Below, piece by piece: positions 49,137 to 61,620 of a stretch of 64,000 bases of DNA. The notes beneath the pieces are model-generated. The model was not told where the DNA came from. It saw only the letters and a list, made by a program, of their open reading frames with translations, and did not search any database. Origin of the DNA: Octopus sinensis (Eukaryota); assembly GCF_006345805.1 (NCBI RefSeq), contig NC_043026.1:1550001-1614000 (forward strand). Direction: 5' to 3'. How positions within the stretch are numbered: position 1 is the first letter of the stretch; every line of letters begins with the position of its first letter. Made by a program: the position numbers and the translations under genes.

Positions 49137-51993
49137 CCAAAACGGAAAAAGATCTTGGAGACAATCTTCACCGCCTTGGCAAAACTCTTCATTCATAAAT
49201 ATTTACAAACATCACTGTATCCGCAACTATTTATAATTACCTTCCTTTTATATCTAGCTTTCTTTAAACAATATTTTTTGACTTTAAATTACTACTTATT
49301 TACTTATATTCTATTCACTTTGCAACGTTTTAAGCAGAAAAATCTTCCAAAACAGTCAAACATAGAAATACAGGAAAAATATGTTTGAGGTGCAAAAATC
49401 TTTATTTATTGTTATTAATTCTTTACCAGCAAAAAATCAGCATTTGAATAAAAAATGAAAATGTTGAGAGAGAGAAATAGAGAGAGTGTGTGTGTGCATC
49501 TGTAGATAGAGATTATAATAGATTGTCCCAGGTAGTGAGCTGGTACTGGACAAAATAGCATTTCTTCCAGTTTCTTACATTCTGAGTTCAAATACCACTG
49601 AGGTCGACTGCCTTTCATCTTTTAGGATTCGATAAACTAAGTACCAGTTTTACATTGGGGTTGATATAATCAACTTCTCCCATCCCTCAAAACTGCTGGC
49701 CTTGTCCAAAATTAGAAAGAATTTATTGTCTCAAGAAGGGTTGAAAGATAAAGTCAAACAGTGACAAAACTTCCTAAACACTTCAGAGTTAAGTGTTTTC
49801 ACATGCCACCCCCCTTAAGCTTTTTAATGAGCAAACAAGGGGGCTCTGCAATATCACTACACCCACCCATTCACCTTTCTTGTATTTTTCATTCCTCCGT
49901 GGTTTGTTCTGCAAGAAAAGGGTGTATTCATGGCCTCTACAGACCTTCCAAAGCCAGTGAGTGATGTGGTTGAAGTTCTTTAGAAACATCTGCATAGTGA
50001 CACAAACAGGGAAATCTTAAAGCAATGTTCTGAGAGAGAAGCACTGACAAAAGTGATTAGTACAAAGCCCGAGCAAGGTGGATACAACAGAAGGGAGAAG
50101 TTGGTGAGGTAGGCCTGAGAGGAGGTAACACAAGGATCAGAGGATAATGTAAGCAGAAGACAGCTGAGGACTTGTGTTCAATCATACTGTCTCATGTATG
50201 AGCAAGTGAGGGAGACTTCTACACAGTAAGTAAGCCTGATAGCAGGCGCTCACAATCACATATCTATCATATATGTTTTATGGATATGTAAGTTTATGAT
50301 TATAAAAACGATCTCCAAATCTCCGTCTTAAAAAAAGACATGATAGTCAAGGATTTGATCATAGGTCTACTCAATCAAGACTGACTTGGGGCTAAACAGC
50401 AACAGTGGTAGCTGCACTAGTTCATTCTCATGCCTGAATTTCAGTTTTTTTGTTTTACACTTCCACTTTACATCCATATAAATAGCCACAGTTTCTTTTT
50501 TTGTATCTACACAATTAGTGTTTAACCGATCAAAGCACTCTTCCATCCTTGAAAAAAAAAAAAAAAAGCAAGTCAAAACATTTGTGAAAATAGTTTTTAA
50601 GTAGCACTCTCACTCCATTTAGTTTCTACGTAATTTTCTTAATTAGCATTCCAGACAAATTACTTAATGGCATTTCTTCCAGCTTTACGTCCCGAGTTCA
50701 AAAACCACCACCAGTGACTTAGCCTTTCATGGCCAATGAAATGAATACCAGTTGAGCACAGGTACCAATGCAGTCAACAAACACCTTCTGCCAAATTTTC
50801 AAGCCTAAGTAGAAAGGATTATTAAAAAAGTTATCAGTCCGGCACCAAATTGTAGTTTTGCTATAATTGTGTTTCTACGATCACAGTAAGTTGTGATCTT
50901 ATTGAAGCCTATCTTACAAAATTCATGTGAAGTTAAAGGGTTAGTGAAGAGTTTTCTGCCTTTTTTTTTCTTTTTCTCTTTGTAAATGTTACCATCATTC
51001 AGTGTCGTTTATTTGCAATCTCTGATAAAATCACATCTGGCCATCATGCTCACATTTGAAGTATTAGGAGAAATATCATCTTGCTTGCAAACCAAAGAAG
51101 CTTGGCAGCAAAACAGGCATCAAGCTTTAGAAAATATGCCCTAATGAAGACTGTCTTACTGATATAAGCATGGAAAAGTGGATATTGATGATGATGATGA
51201 TGATGATGTAGCAAGTTTCCAGTTGTGCTTTTTTAACCTTTAGCACATTGCATTTGTCTCTAGAATCATTTCCCCTGCCATTGCTGAGCAAGAACCTCAT
51301 GACAACTGATGCACCTACAGTGCACTAAAGGTGAAACAAACTTCATAAAGTTTTCAAAACATTTTAATAGATAAAAGGTAGGGTAAAGAACCATCTTCAT
51401 TCTTTAAAATCATTTAAAGAGATGTAAGGGTTAGTGACAAGAAGGGTTCTGGCTGTAAAACAATGCCTCAATAATATATTCATCTAACCCATGCCAGCAT
51501 GGAAAAAATGGAAAAACGAACAAGCAGAATTTATCTTTGTTCAGGTTTTGTGGAAAACTAATTCCAGCCATGACCATCCTATGTTTTACGTTTTTTCTGG
51601 TTCTTTTTCTTTCTTTGTATCCAAGATTATATTATCAATGCATTTAAAAAAAAAATACATGTGATTTCAGGGACATTCAGCTACTATTTCTAGCTATTTT
51701 AGCTTCTACATAGAGGCCTCTTTCATTGCTATAATCAACATAATAACCAGTTGGTAATTCATAAGGAGCCTACTTACATTATGTGCAGATAACAGAGCCC
51801 GTACGTGTGTGTGTAAATGATTACATGCATGCAGATGCACTTTGGGTGTGTACAACTGTAAATGTAATTGTTTGCATATTATATTACAATTATCCTGTAT
51901 TTATGGGAAACAAAGTCAGCTAATGAATAGACAAGTTTCTTAATTCTTAAATATGCATAAGAAATTATATGTGTTACCAGACATATATACAGA

Positions 51994-52176
51994 TGAGGGG
52001 ATACTGAAATGAAAATGCAGGAGGATCAGTTGACTAGGATTTTATTCAACAAATTCCCTTCTCAGATTCACACACTTATAGCAAGGGTCCTTCAGTTTTC
52101 CTAAGCCTTGTAAAAAGAAGGTTGGGCCTCCAACCAGGCCTTTCACGATACCCAGGAACTTTTCAGCACCCCCTCA
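51994..52176 (-). mobile_element. Mariner-derived MITE, reverse copy of 20323-20540
   Basis: Shares ccaggaacttttcagcacccc and ctcagattcaca with the first copy. Confidence 0.7.
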
Positions 52177-52177
52177 T

Positions 52178-52209
<32 letters not shown>

Positions 52210-52213
<4 letters not shown>

Positions 52214-52832
52214 TCATCATCGTTTAACATCCGCTTTCCATGCTAGCATGGGTTGGACAATTTGACTGAGGACTGGCAAACCAGATGGCTGCACCAGGCT
52301 CCAATCTGATCTGGCAGAGTTTCTACAGCTGGATACCCTTCCTAACACCAACCACTCCGGGAGCGTAGCGGGTGCTTTTATGTACCACCGGCACGAGAGC
52401 CAGTCAGGCGGTACTGGCAACGGTCATGCTCAAATGGTGCTTTTTATGTGCCATCTGCACAGGAGTCAGTCCAGCTGCACTGGCAATGACCTTATTCAAA
52501 TGTTTTTTCATGTGCCAGTAATGCGACGCTGGTAACAATCACGCTCCAATGGTGCTTTTTATGTGCCACTGGCACGGAAGCCAGGTTGCTCTTAGCGATC
52601 CACTGGCACAAGTGCCAGTCATTGAATTTAATTTCAATTTCGATTTCATTCAGGTCTTCGCAAGCAGAGTTTAGTGTCCAATGAGGGAAACATATGCATA
52701 AGTGGGCTGGTTACATCCCTGGCATAGGCCACGAGGTTATGGTTTCATTTGGCTTGCCGGGTCTTCTCAAGTACAGCATATTTCCAAAGGTCCCGGTTAC
52801 TAGTCATTGCCTCGGTGAGGCCTAATGTTCAA
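52210..52832 (-). mobile_element. RTE LINE 3' fragment
   Basis: (CAT)n tail, gtttaacatccgctttccatgctagcatggg, repeated gtgccaccggcac units, and the end of the ORF (gaggcctaatgttc). Confidence 0.85.
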
Positions 52833-52884
52833 ATGTTAGTCAACTCTTATCATGCTACACTTATTAGTAATACGTCCATTATGG

Positions 52885-54300
52885 GCAGAATGAAAAGCTG
52901 TCACCACCTCCAAACTGCTCACTTTGTTTGGAACAAAGCTGACTACGATTCCTGTGCCCAAACTAGCTGGCATTTTTTGATTCCAGAAATGTCAAGACTA
53001 TCCTTCAGCATATCTTCATTTCAATCTGCATTTTGATACAAAGCATCAGTAGTGCATAAAACAAGTTCGAAATCCCAAAAGAGAAATTTGGGAGACTGCA
53101 ACAGCTTGATTTACCAGGAAAGAACGATAGGATGATGAACAACAACAGAGATATAGAGAAGAGAGGATAATACAAGGCACAACAGAGCATACAACCATAT
53201 CAAATAGATGTCTAAAATAAAAAGGTAATACTTAAATCTGAACAACACAGAGCAATCAACTCAAGTGATAGGGAAACAGAGGTCCCACTCTCCAGCTCTT
53301 CATAATCCTCATACAAGTCAGAATACTAATGATTTCAATGCTATACTGACATTTTTACTGTTGGAAAAAATCCAAATGTACCATCTTCACATCTGTCGTT
53401 AAATTCTATAGCATCTGTGGAATTCACTCCTGCATTGCTGCAACACCACCTCAAGCGTTTGTATGACTGCTTTTCCCTAATTGTGAGGGATTTGTTTGCT
53501 TCTCAAATGCAGCAGGCTCTTTCTACTGAACAAGCTTTTGCTCCCCTTCCAATTCAAGTGTTAACCCAAAACATTGCCAGTGTTATTCCTCTGTTCAAAA
53601 TGGACAATTGTATATCACCTGTCATTACTGTCCAGTTTGACAGATTGATGGTGTCCTGGGTCAGGGAGAGATTCTGGAACTCTCATAAATTTATTTAACC
53701 TTCACAATTTGGATTTATTTTTAACTTCAGTTGCTATGGACACCTCACCAAATTTCTTGGAGATATCATCTGAATCAAAGAAGGCAGTTTATGGTTTGAT
53801 TTTACCAACGCCTATAATCATATGCCACACAAACGACCTGTGGTGAAATTCTCTGCAATGGACACAAAGGCTAATCATTAGAACTGTTTGAAGTCAAAAT
53901 GAAGTAGCAGGACATTCTACTCCTCATTTAATGACATTTTGTTTACTAAAAGAAATCTGTTCTTGTTGCATATATCAACATGAAGTATGAAAGATGACAT
54001 TAAGCTCTGCCTTGAGATAAAAGAAACAGAAACTATATGCTATAGATCTTTTCCTGAATTGCTCACTAGCAACCGAAGCTTGCTGTAGATAAACACACAG
54101 CTAAGGATTTTGGGAGGAAAAAGCCCAGAATTTACTAACTCCTCCCGACTACACTAAGTTTAAAAACTCTGCAGGTCAACATGACTTAGGAATCCTTATC
54201 AACAATGATCTGCATTGGATGAACCACATCATCAAAAAGACCAAAGATCTCTAAATGTCCATGAATAAAACCTTTGTCAGTCACCCACCAAATATTTAGC
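52885..54300 (+). mobile_element. Old, highly degraded CR1/L2-like LINE
   Basis: Residual peptides WNKADYD, WFDFTNAYNHMPHKRPVVK (cf. LDFxKAFDxVPHxRL) and DLGILINNDLHWMNHI. Confidence 0.6.
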
Positions 54301-54644
54301 ATTCAGATTACTTTGTTACATGTAATACTTATTTATTCACATTGTTTTAAATGAATCTTACCTCACAGCCTTCAGATTTCAATGATGGGATTTTCATCTG
54401 GTCCTATACCTGTTTCAGTCAGGAGACCACAGCCAGGCTGCAACCATCCTGGGCCTTGAAGGCTTTTTAGTCAAATGAATCAACCCCAGTACTTATTCTT
54501 TAAACCTGGTACTTATTCTATCAGTCTCTATAGCTGAACTGCTAAATTACAGGGATGTAAACACACCAAAACCCGTTGTCAAGTAGTGATGGGGAGACAA
54601 ACACACACGCTCACACATTTATATATTATATATATATATATATA

Positions 54645-55287
54645 TATATCTGTAAAATAATATGTTACATTACTCAATAGCCAAGATAAAACTAGGAGTT
54701 TCAGATGCCGAGGTGGAAATCCACAACACCATCTCTTCGGTTATCTGGCCATCTGAAAAACGCTATGAAAAAAGACCGTTATATAAAGGGAAATTACTGT
54801 GTTATAATTCCACTACTTATATAAAAGTGCTAATCCAATGACCACTAATTAAAATAAGGTTAAAAGTTCATAGTAAACAAGTAAGCATGCCTACTCATAC
54901 ACACACATGTGCGCCCGTGCACCCACGTGCGTACGTATACGTCACTATGAAAACGTACACATCTTCACTCGCATTTTTCGCCAAAAGTATCCGCATATAT
55001 ATACAAACTCATACACACACACATGCGTACCGTAAAAGTTCATACATACGTCAACACAAGCACAAGAAAAAACATGGTTAAAGGTAACAATACAGAAAAA
55101 AACAACAATACAGAAAAAAAGTATAAGGAAGTATACAAAATGGGACAAGAACGCAAAATATCCAGACAGGTGATACAAAAAGGGACAACAAAACATCCAG
55201 ATAGACAATACATAAAAACACAGGGACGGGTCATTCGAAGCTTTCTATCCTCAGTCAAGAACTGGATCATCCTCGCAATTTCGGCCA
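54645..55287. mobile_element. Penelope-like remnants inserted into a SINE
   Basis: SINE halves at about 54410-54610 and 55288-55440 flank the insert. There is a hammerhead-like fold at 54680-54749(-) and a related sequence at 19575-19615. Confidence 0.5.
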
Positions 55288-55794
55288 CAGGCTTCTTTCA
55301 GTTTCTATCTACCAAATCCACTCACAAGGCTTTGGTCAACTATAATAGAAAACACTTGCCCAAGGTGCCATGCAGTAGGATTGAACCCTGAACCATGTAG
55401 TCAGGAAGCAAGCTTTTTACCACACAGCCACTCCTGCACCTATATATATATATTTTTTTTTTTTAGAATATAGTATGAGAGTCTGACAATAAAACAGGTA
55501 GACTATTTGGGCCAGATATGGCTAGTTTGAATGCTAAAGAGTTAAAGCTATAAGTGGCAGTCATATTCACATTGAACAGTTTGTGCCCCCATTCTGGAAC
55601 CCCCATCCTGTTCAGAAGTTGTTCCAGAGATGTACAACCAGATGGAAACACATTTATACTTTGAATGTCATGCCTCTCTGAACACTGACATGCTAAAATT
55701 TCAACACCTGGTGGCTGAGGCCCACACGATTATCCACCATCTTTTCAACAACTTTGGCCACCTTTTTTGTAGTCGTCACCAGCGCCAGTGACAT

Positions 55795-56060
55795 GTTAAT
55801 GGGCACCCATGCTGGCGACACGTTAAGGGGCACCCGTGCTGGCGACACGTTAAGGGGAACCCGTGCTGGCGACACGTTAAGGGGAACCCGTGCTGGCAAC
55901 ACGTTAAAGGGCAGCCATACACTCTGTAGGGTGGTTGGTGTTAGGAAAAGCATCCAGCCATTAGAAAACCAGCCCAAACAAGGTGGAGCCTGGTGCAGCT
56001 AGTCAAACCATCTAACCAACCCATACCAGCATGGAAAACGGATACTAAATGATGATGATA
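55795..56060 (+). mobile_element. RTE 3'UTR fragment with four tandem 27-bp units
   Basis: gg(c/a)acccgtgctggcgacacgttaagg x4 (unit cores at 55804, 55831, 55858, 55885), then the RTE terminal segment. Confidence 0.8.
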
Positions 56061-56129
56061 TTAGTTGTCTGGAAACTGCATCATTCCATACTTCCCTAAA
56101 TTCACCAACACAACTTCTGATGTACATTT

Positions 56130-57909
56130 TCCTCTTCAAGACTATTTTACTCTTCACTTTTCTGACATTTTCTATTTTATTCTGTGCAGGCAATTTTGGT
56201 TCCCGTTTAGTGTTATCTTCTGTCCTCTTTTCAGACAATTCGTGGCACACCTGAGCACAGTATAGAAGCTCATTTTTATTATTACACACACAATCAGATG
56301 TGTGTGTGTGTGTTTATGCTCGGTTATAATAAAAACAATTTTAAATTAACCTGATGGGTTGCTCTATACTTCTGTCGAGTACAAATTTATTATTTTTATA
56401 TAAGAATGGTGTTGACAGTGACTCCGAAACTCTGAAATCATTGTCAACAACATTCTTGTTTAAGAATAATAAAATAAATATATATATATACATATATAAA
56501 CACACTTACAGATATGTGTATGCATGTACGTACACACAAATAAAAGCATATACAATGTGAGTGTGTATATATGTGTGTGTGTGTGGAGGCATGTATCATA
56601 TATACACACACAGGTACTTGTCTATTGTCGTGGTCCCGGTTTCGCACACGCGAATTCGTGTGCGCGCGCCAGACGTAGGTACTCGATACTCGAGATCCTA
56701 CGAGGTGACTTGCGCATGCGCAGTGCCGAATTCGCGCATGCGCGTTAACCCCCCCCCTAAAAAAAGAAAGGTGTTGGATTTCACTAAAAATATATGTGTG
56801 TGTGTGTGTGTATATATATAACATTTTCAATTTTACACAAAAAAATTACATAGTCGCTTTCCTCGCGGATTTACAGATAAATGAATTAATTACTATTTTA
56901 CAGAATAAAATTAATGAATTAATTATATAAATTAAATAATTCTTGAAAATTAATTAATATTAATAATATTTTTTGAACAAAGTAAATAATTTATAAAACT
57001 TGGTTAATAATTTTTTTTACACAAACGCGAACGTATATAATTTGTGAAACTTTTTTTTTTTTTACAGACGTATATAATTTGGTAAACTTAATGAATTAAT
57101 TTCTTCTCATCATCATCATCGTTTAACGTCCGTTCTCCATGCCAGCATGGGTTGGACGGTTCGACCGGGGATCTGGGGAGCCAGAAGGCTGCACCAGACT
57201 CCAGTCTTATCTGGCAATGTTTCTACAGCTGGATGCCCTTCCTAACGCCAACCACTCCGAGAGTGTAGTGGGTGCTTTTTACATGCCACCCGCACAGGTG
57301 CCAGGCGAGGCTGGCAACGGCCACGGTCGGATTGGTGCCAGTCGAGGCGGCTCTGGCATCGGCCACGATTCGGATAGTGCTTTTTACGTACCACCAGTCC
57401 AGGGGTCCTGGCATTTGCCGGGTGTCACACTTGCCCCAACATGTCTTCGCAAGCAAAGGGGGTTGGCATGGGTGCCTGTCGTGGGATGAGGTTCGATATC
57501 AACTTCGCTTGCCTCAACAGGTCTTTGAATTACGCGGCGGCGGTGGTGGTGGTGTGAGGTTCTAATTTTTTTTTCTGATCTCTCTTTGCCCCCTCTTTAT
57601 CTCAGTTGTCTTTTTTTTTGGGGGGGGGGGTTAACGCGCATGCGCGAATTCTGCACTGCGCATGCGCAAGTCACCTCGTAGGATCTCAAGTATCTACGTC
57701 TGGCGCGCGCGCGAATTCGCGTGTGCGAAACCGGGACCACGACAATAGACAAGTACCACACACACATTCGCACACGGTGCAGTTTCCCCACGTGCCCATC
57801 AACAACAAAGACTATTATTTACTGTCCTACATAAATAATTACCTGCACAGTACACAGAATAAAATACAAAAAGCCAGAAAAGTGAATCGTAAAATAGTCT
57901 TGAAGAGGA
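56130..57909. mobile_element. Older TIR element hosting nested insertions
   Basis: tcctcttcaagactattttac...ttttattctgtgcagg (56130-56196) is inverted at 57837-57909. Confidence 0.7.
56613..57757. mobile_element. MITE with about 150-bp GC-rich TIRs (Merlin-like), containing an RTE 3' fragment
   Basis: Termini ggtacttgtctattgtcgtggtcccggtttcgcacacgcgaattcg and its exact reverse complement. Both flanks read acacacaca. The RTE fragment lies at about 57108-57530(-). Confidence 0.88.
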
Positions 57910-58159
57910 CGCATCTTCGTAGTCACTAAACATGTTAGAAAGAGCAGCCAAATATCGCTCAACCTCAAAATCACACCCTGATATCTAAAAAAAATTTTTT
58001 TTTCAAGGGAAGGAGGTATTTTGCATGTAAAGATACATTTTACCTCAAAACAGGGGTTCTCTTTGATTCCTATTCCTTTCAAATGGAGCCTCATACCATT
58101 TGATGTTTTAAAATATATTTTCATAATTGAATATCATTTGGAACCGTATAAGAAAAACA

Positions 58160-58613
58160 GCCAATTCTGGTATAAGCACCCCATATAACCCCTCATTACT
58201 TTTAAATTGGGGGGGGGGCATTTTCAGAAACTTTTTGTGTATATGATTTAAGGGCGATTTGGCTGTTATTTTTAACACATCTCACGACCACCTGATACCT
58301 CAGTCGTTTCTTTGTCACTATGACATTGATGTATTTCAATATTTTTCTCCCCATAAACACATTAAATAGAATGATGACACACCCAAGGGTGCTGCCTCGT
58401 TGGATTTAAGCAAAAGAAAAATCGAACTGTCCATATTTTAAACTCGGCTTTAAAAATAAAGGAAACTCGAAAAAGCGTGGAGCCTTCAGGATTTATGATG
58501 GGGGGGGGATGATTTCCCGTGAGTAGAAGACAAATTAGCAAAAATTTTCTGAAAAATTCTAAAAAAATAAAGTTATGGGTGGTTATACGGCTGCTTAAAA
58601 CCAGATATCTGCC
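58160..58613. mobile_element. Second, inverted and more degraded copy of the 47341-47879 MITE
   Basis: Ends aattctggtataagcacc / gcttaaaaccagatatctgcc. Internal catctcacgaccacctgatacc is the reverse complement of 47680-47701. Confidence 0.75.
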
Positions 58614-59688
58614 TTAAAAACACTTGTTGGAATATTTTGTGTATTGTAGAAGTAAAATCAATTTATTGCACGTAAATTTTAATAACTAAATCTTACACGG
58701 ACCCGCAAGGGCCATACAGACCCCGGTTGAGAAGCACAACCTTTAACCCAAGACAGGATGACCGCCTATAACGCCAGCGAGGATGGTCACGGGTGTTCCA
58801 GTTATGACCATCCCACTTTTTGTTATATCCAGGCATCCCGTCTTTTAAGACTGTAGGATGAATTTTGAGGGATATTTCGCTGCTGTTTTGAGCGTGTCAC
58901 GTAGAGAAGCACCTTGATACTCTTCTACCCACCCTAACCCTAAAACAGATTGAAATGCAATAGATCGATTCAAGGGTTATAATTATGGGTGACAATTTCG
59001 TATGACACCGCGAGAAAAAACTGCCGTTCAAACCGAAATGATCCGAATTTTTTTTTTTGTCTTTTTTAGTCGTTGAACCACGGCCATGCTAGGGCACTTA
59101 ATGGGTTAACGTTGAACAAATCGACTTCAATACTTATTCTGTTGGTCTTTTTCCCAACACAGAGGGGAAACAAACAATACACACACACACACACACACAC
59201 ATATATGTATATGACGGGCTTCTTTCAGTTAACGTTTAGCCACAAGGTTGTTTCGTTTCCTTTCGTGTTTTTGTAACGGAACGAAGACTATAAGTAGAAG
59301 ATACTTGTTCAAGATGTTGCGCAGAGAGACTGAACCAAAGAGCAGATGGTTTGGAAGCAAGTTTCTGAACCACACAGCCACGCCAGCGCCTCTCAGCAGA
59401 GCCTCACAGACTCACTTCTACATCGATAACTAAACGTGTTAGAAATAGCAGTCAAATTTCGCAAAGCACACCATAATATGATGAAAATAATGTACAACAT
59501 TATATTCTATAATATAATGTCTTTAGATCAACTAAATACAAAAATAAAAATGAAAGAAAAACCGCAGAAGATGAGAGACTTTGGAGAGAAGACTCGGTCG
59601 ATCGATGATTCGTTTGCTGGATGACCTGATGCTAAATAATAAACATTGCAGCACAACCGAAAATTTCAATGGGAGGATATGTGTGTGT

Positions 59689-59721
<33 letters not shown>

Positions 59722-59934
59722 CACGCACACATATAGATGTGCATGCACATAACAATTAATGATTATAAATATAAATTTTGAACTAAACAATAAAAAGACT
59801 AGAAACACGTTTAGAGCCTAATATTCTACAATTACAACCACCAAACACATACACATATACACACACACATATCTACTATACGCAGACCTCTACAATGCAT
59901 AAACTTAGAATACGCACTAATATATACACACACA

Positions 59935-59981
<47 letters not shown>

Positions 59982-60463
59982 ATATGTATATATATACCCG
60001 CACATCTATATTAAATGGGTAATATACACCAGCTGAAAGGTATTTGTAAAATATTTCTTATAAGAAAATTACAGATTTTTCAGTAAGTTATGAGGAAACA
60101 AAATTGGGAGGAAAGCAGAGAAGATTTTGTGTCGAGATGGTCATTGATGGAATGAAGCCGTCCTTTGAGACGAGTGAGGCAATTAAGAGGGGCAGATGAC
60201 AATTATTTCTTGCAGGGTGGAAGAAGAAACCATGTAGAGCTTCTGTTGTTAGCCTGGCCCACGGGATAAAGGAGCACCACCCAGGCACACCGCAACACAA
60301 TCGATATTTGGTTTATTATACACACTTGTTAAGTACAAAAGAAGAGATATCAGATCAGGAAACAATAAAGTATTTAAAGCTGAGGCTGTTGTATATATAT
60401 ATATACCCACACACGTTTTCCACAAAACCTAACATACACACACCCGCTATAAATACTGTTGTA

Positions 60464-60503
<40 letters not shown>

Positions 60504-60660
60504 GCATGTGTATACACACTATTGCAGTATATATACTGCAATACACACACACACACACACACACTGTTGCAGTCCATACAGATACACACCCACACTGTTG
60601 CAGTGTGTTTGTATTATCGCGCTAGATACATGTATAAGCGTAAATAAATATATATATATA

Positions 60661-60811
60661 CACCCGTACAACACATAAACACAATCTATATACACCCGTA
60701 CAACACATAAACACAATCTATATACACCCGTACAACACATAAACACAATCTATATACACCCGTACAACACATAAACACAATCTATATACACCCGTACAAC
60801 ACATAAACACC
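60661..60811 (+). repeat. Perfect 32-bp minisatellite, about 4.7 copies
   Basis: cacccgtacaacacataaacacaatctatata starting at 60661, 60693, 60725, 60757 and 60789. Confidence 0.95.
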
Positions 60812-60865
60812 CAGTTGAGGCTCCAAGCTGAAAATGAATTGAAGAAAGGCGACTTGAATAGTTAC

Positions 60866-60914
60866 CAGAGATGACGAGAGCTTCGTCCGGTCCGGCTGTG
60901 TGAATATTTCCCAT
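60866..60914 (-). CDS. FLOT2: Flotillin-2 (reggie-1) coding exon 1, MGNIHTAGPDEALVIS+G (49 nt, phase 1)
   Basis: The minus strand reads caagcaaaATGGGAAATATTCACACAGCCGGACCGGACGAAGCTCTCGTCATCTCTG|gtaact. The peptide matches the flotillin-2 N-terminus (MGNxHTxGPxEALxxSG). A GT donor follows and the phase fits exon 2. Confidence 0.93.
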
Positions 60915-61620
60915 TTTGCTTGAGGAGATAAGATTTGAATCGCAGACGGAGACCGAAACGAGAGATTAGGAGGCGACGGACGGATTTTGTTGGCGACGAC
61001 GAAGGTTTCCTTATTCCTCTCGATTTCCCCTTCCTTTTCTTTCTTCGGTTGGACGTAAAACTGGGGCTGAAGGTTTCCACTCGCCGCTAAACGATCTCTA
61101 TACCAGTGTATATATATATACGCAAGTCAATTAACGTCCAATTAATGTATGTAGAGAGCGGGGCTGGTCGCCTTTGCTGCCCTCCTTCGCTTACCGACTG
61201 GTTTCAATCACGCACTGGTCGAGCGTGTGTGTATGGAGGTGTCTCAGATATATATATCTGTGTATGTAGGTGTCTCAGATATATATATCTGTGTATGTAG
61301 GTGTGTGTGTGTGAGAGAGAGCGAGGGAATCTGAATAAGGAATGCCAACTTGAGTCGGTGACGGTTTCGCTTCTTCGCTTTGGCCTACTTTCGATGAACT
61401 GAGAGAAAGGAGACCGTTGCATGATGGGAGTTCGCCAACGAATGGGGAAGATGGCTTTAATGACATCAACCACAAGAAAATATAGACGTATAAAGCTGTT
61501 TCTCTATGTTGTTCGGCAACGGACCGAATATCCGGCAACATTGGTACTGGAAGTGTCCCGGGTTTCTGAGTTTTCCGGTTTTCTGGAGACAGTCGAAGGA
61601 TATAGTTTAAATATAAAATA
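60915..61620 (-). promoter_or_regulatory. CpG-rich 5'UTR/promoter region of flotillin-2
   Basis: Largely non-repetitive and visibly CpG-rich against the CpG-poor background, directly upstream of the FLOT2 ATG. It has ETS-like GGAAGT/CCGGAA words near 61549-61578. The exact TSS cannot be determined. Confidence 0.6.

Noticed and set aside
60088-60300. MCCGVPGW... ORF as an alternative flotillin exon 2
   Set aside because: Only the CCG word is similar. It has no WxWAWW motif and no convincing splice sites.
60661-60811. CRISPR-like array
   Set aside because: The repeats are contiguous with no unique spacers, there are no cas genes, and the context is eukaryotic. The same applies to 55795-55910 and 41590-41915.
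60862-61080. 72-aa basic ORF at exon 1
   Set aside because: It starts with GTG and is out of frame with the flotillin ATG, so it is 5'UTR sequence.
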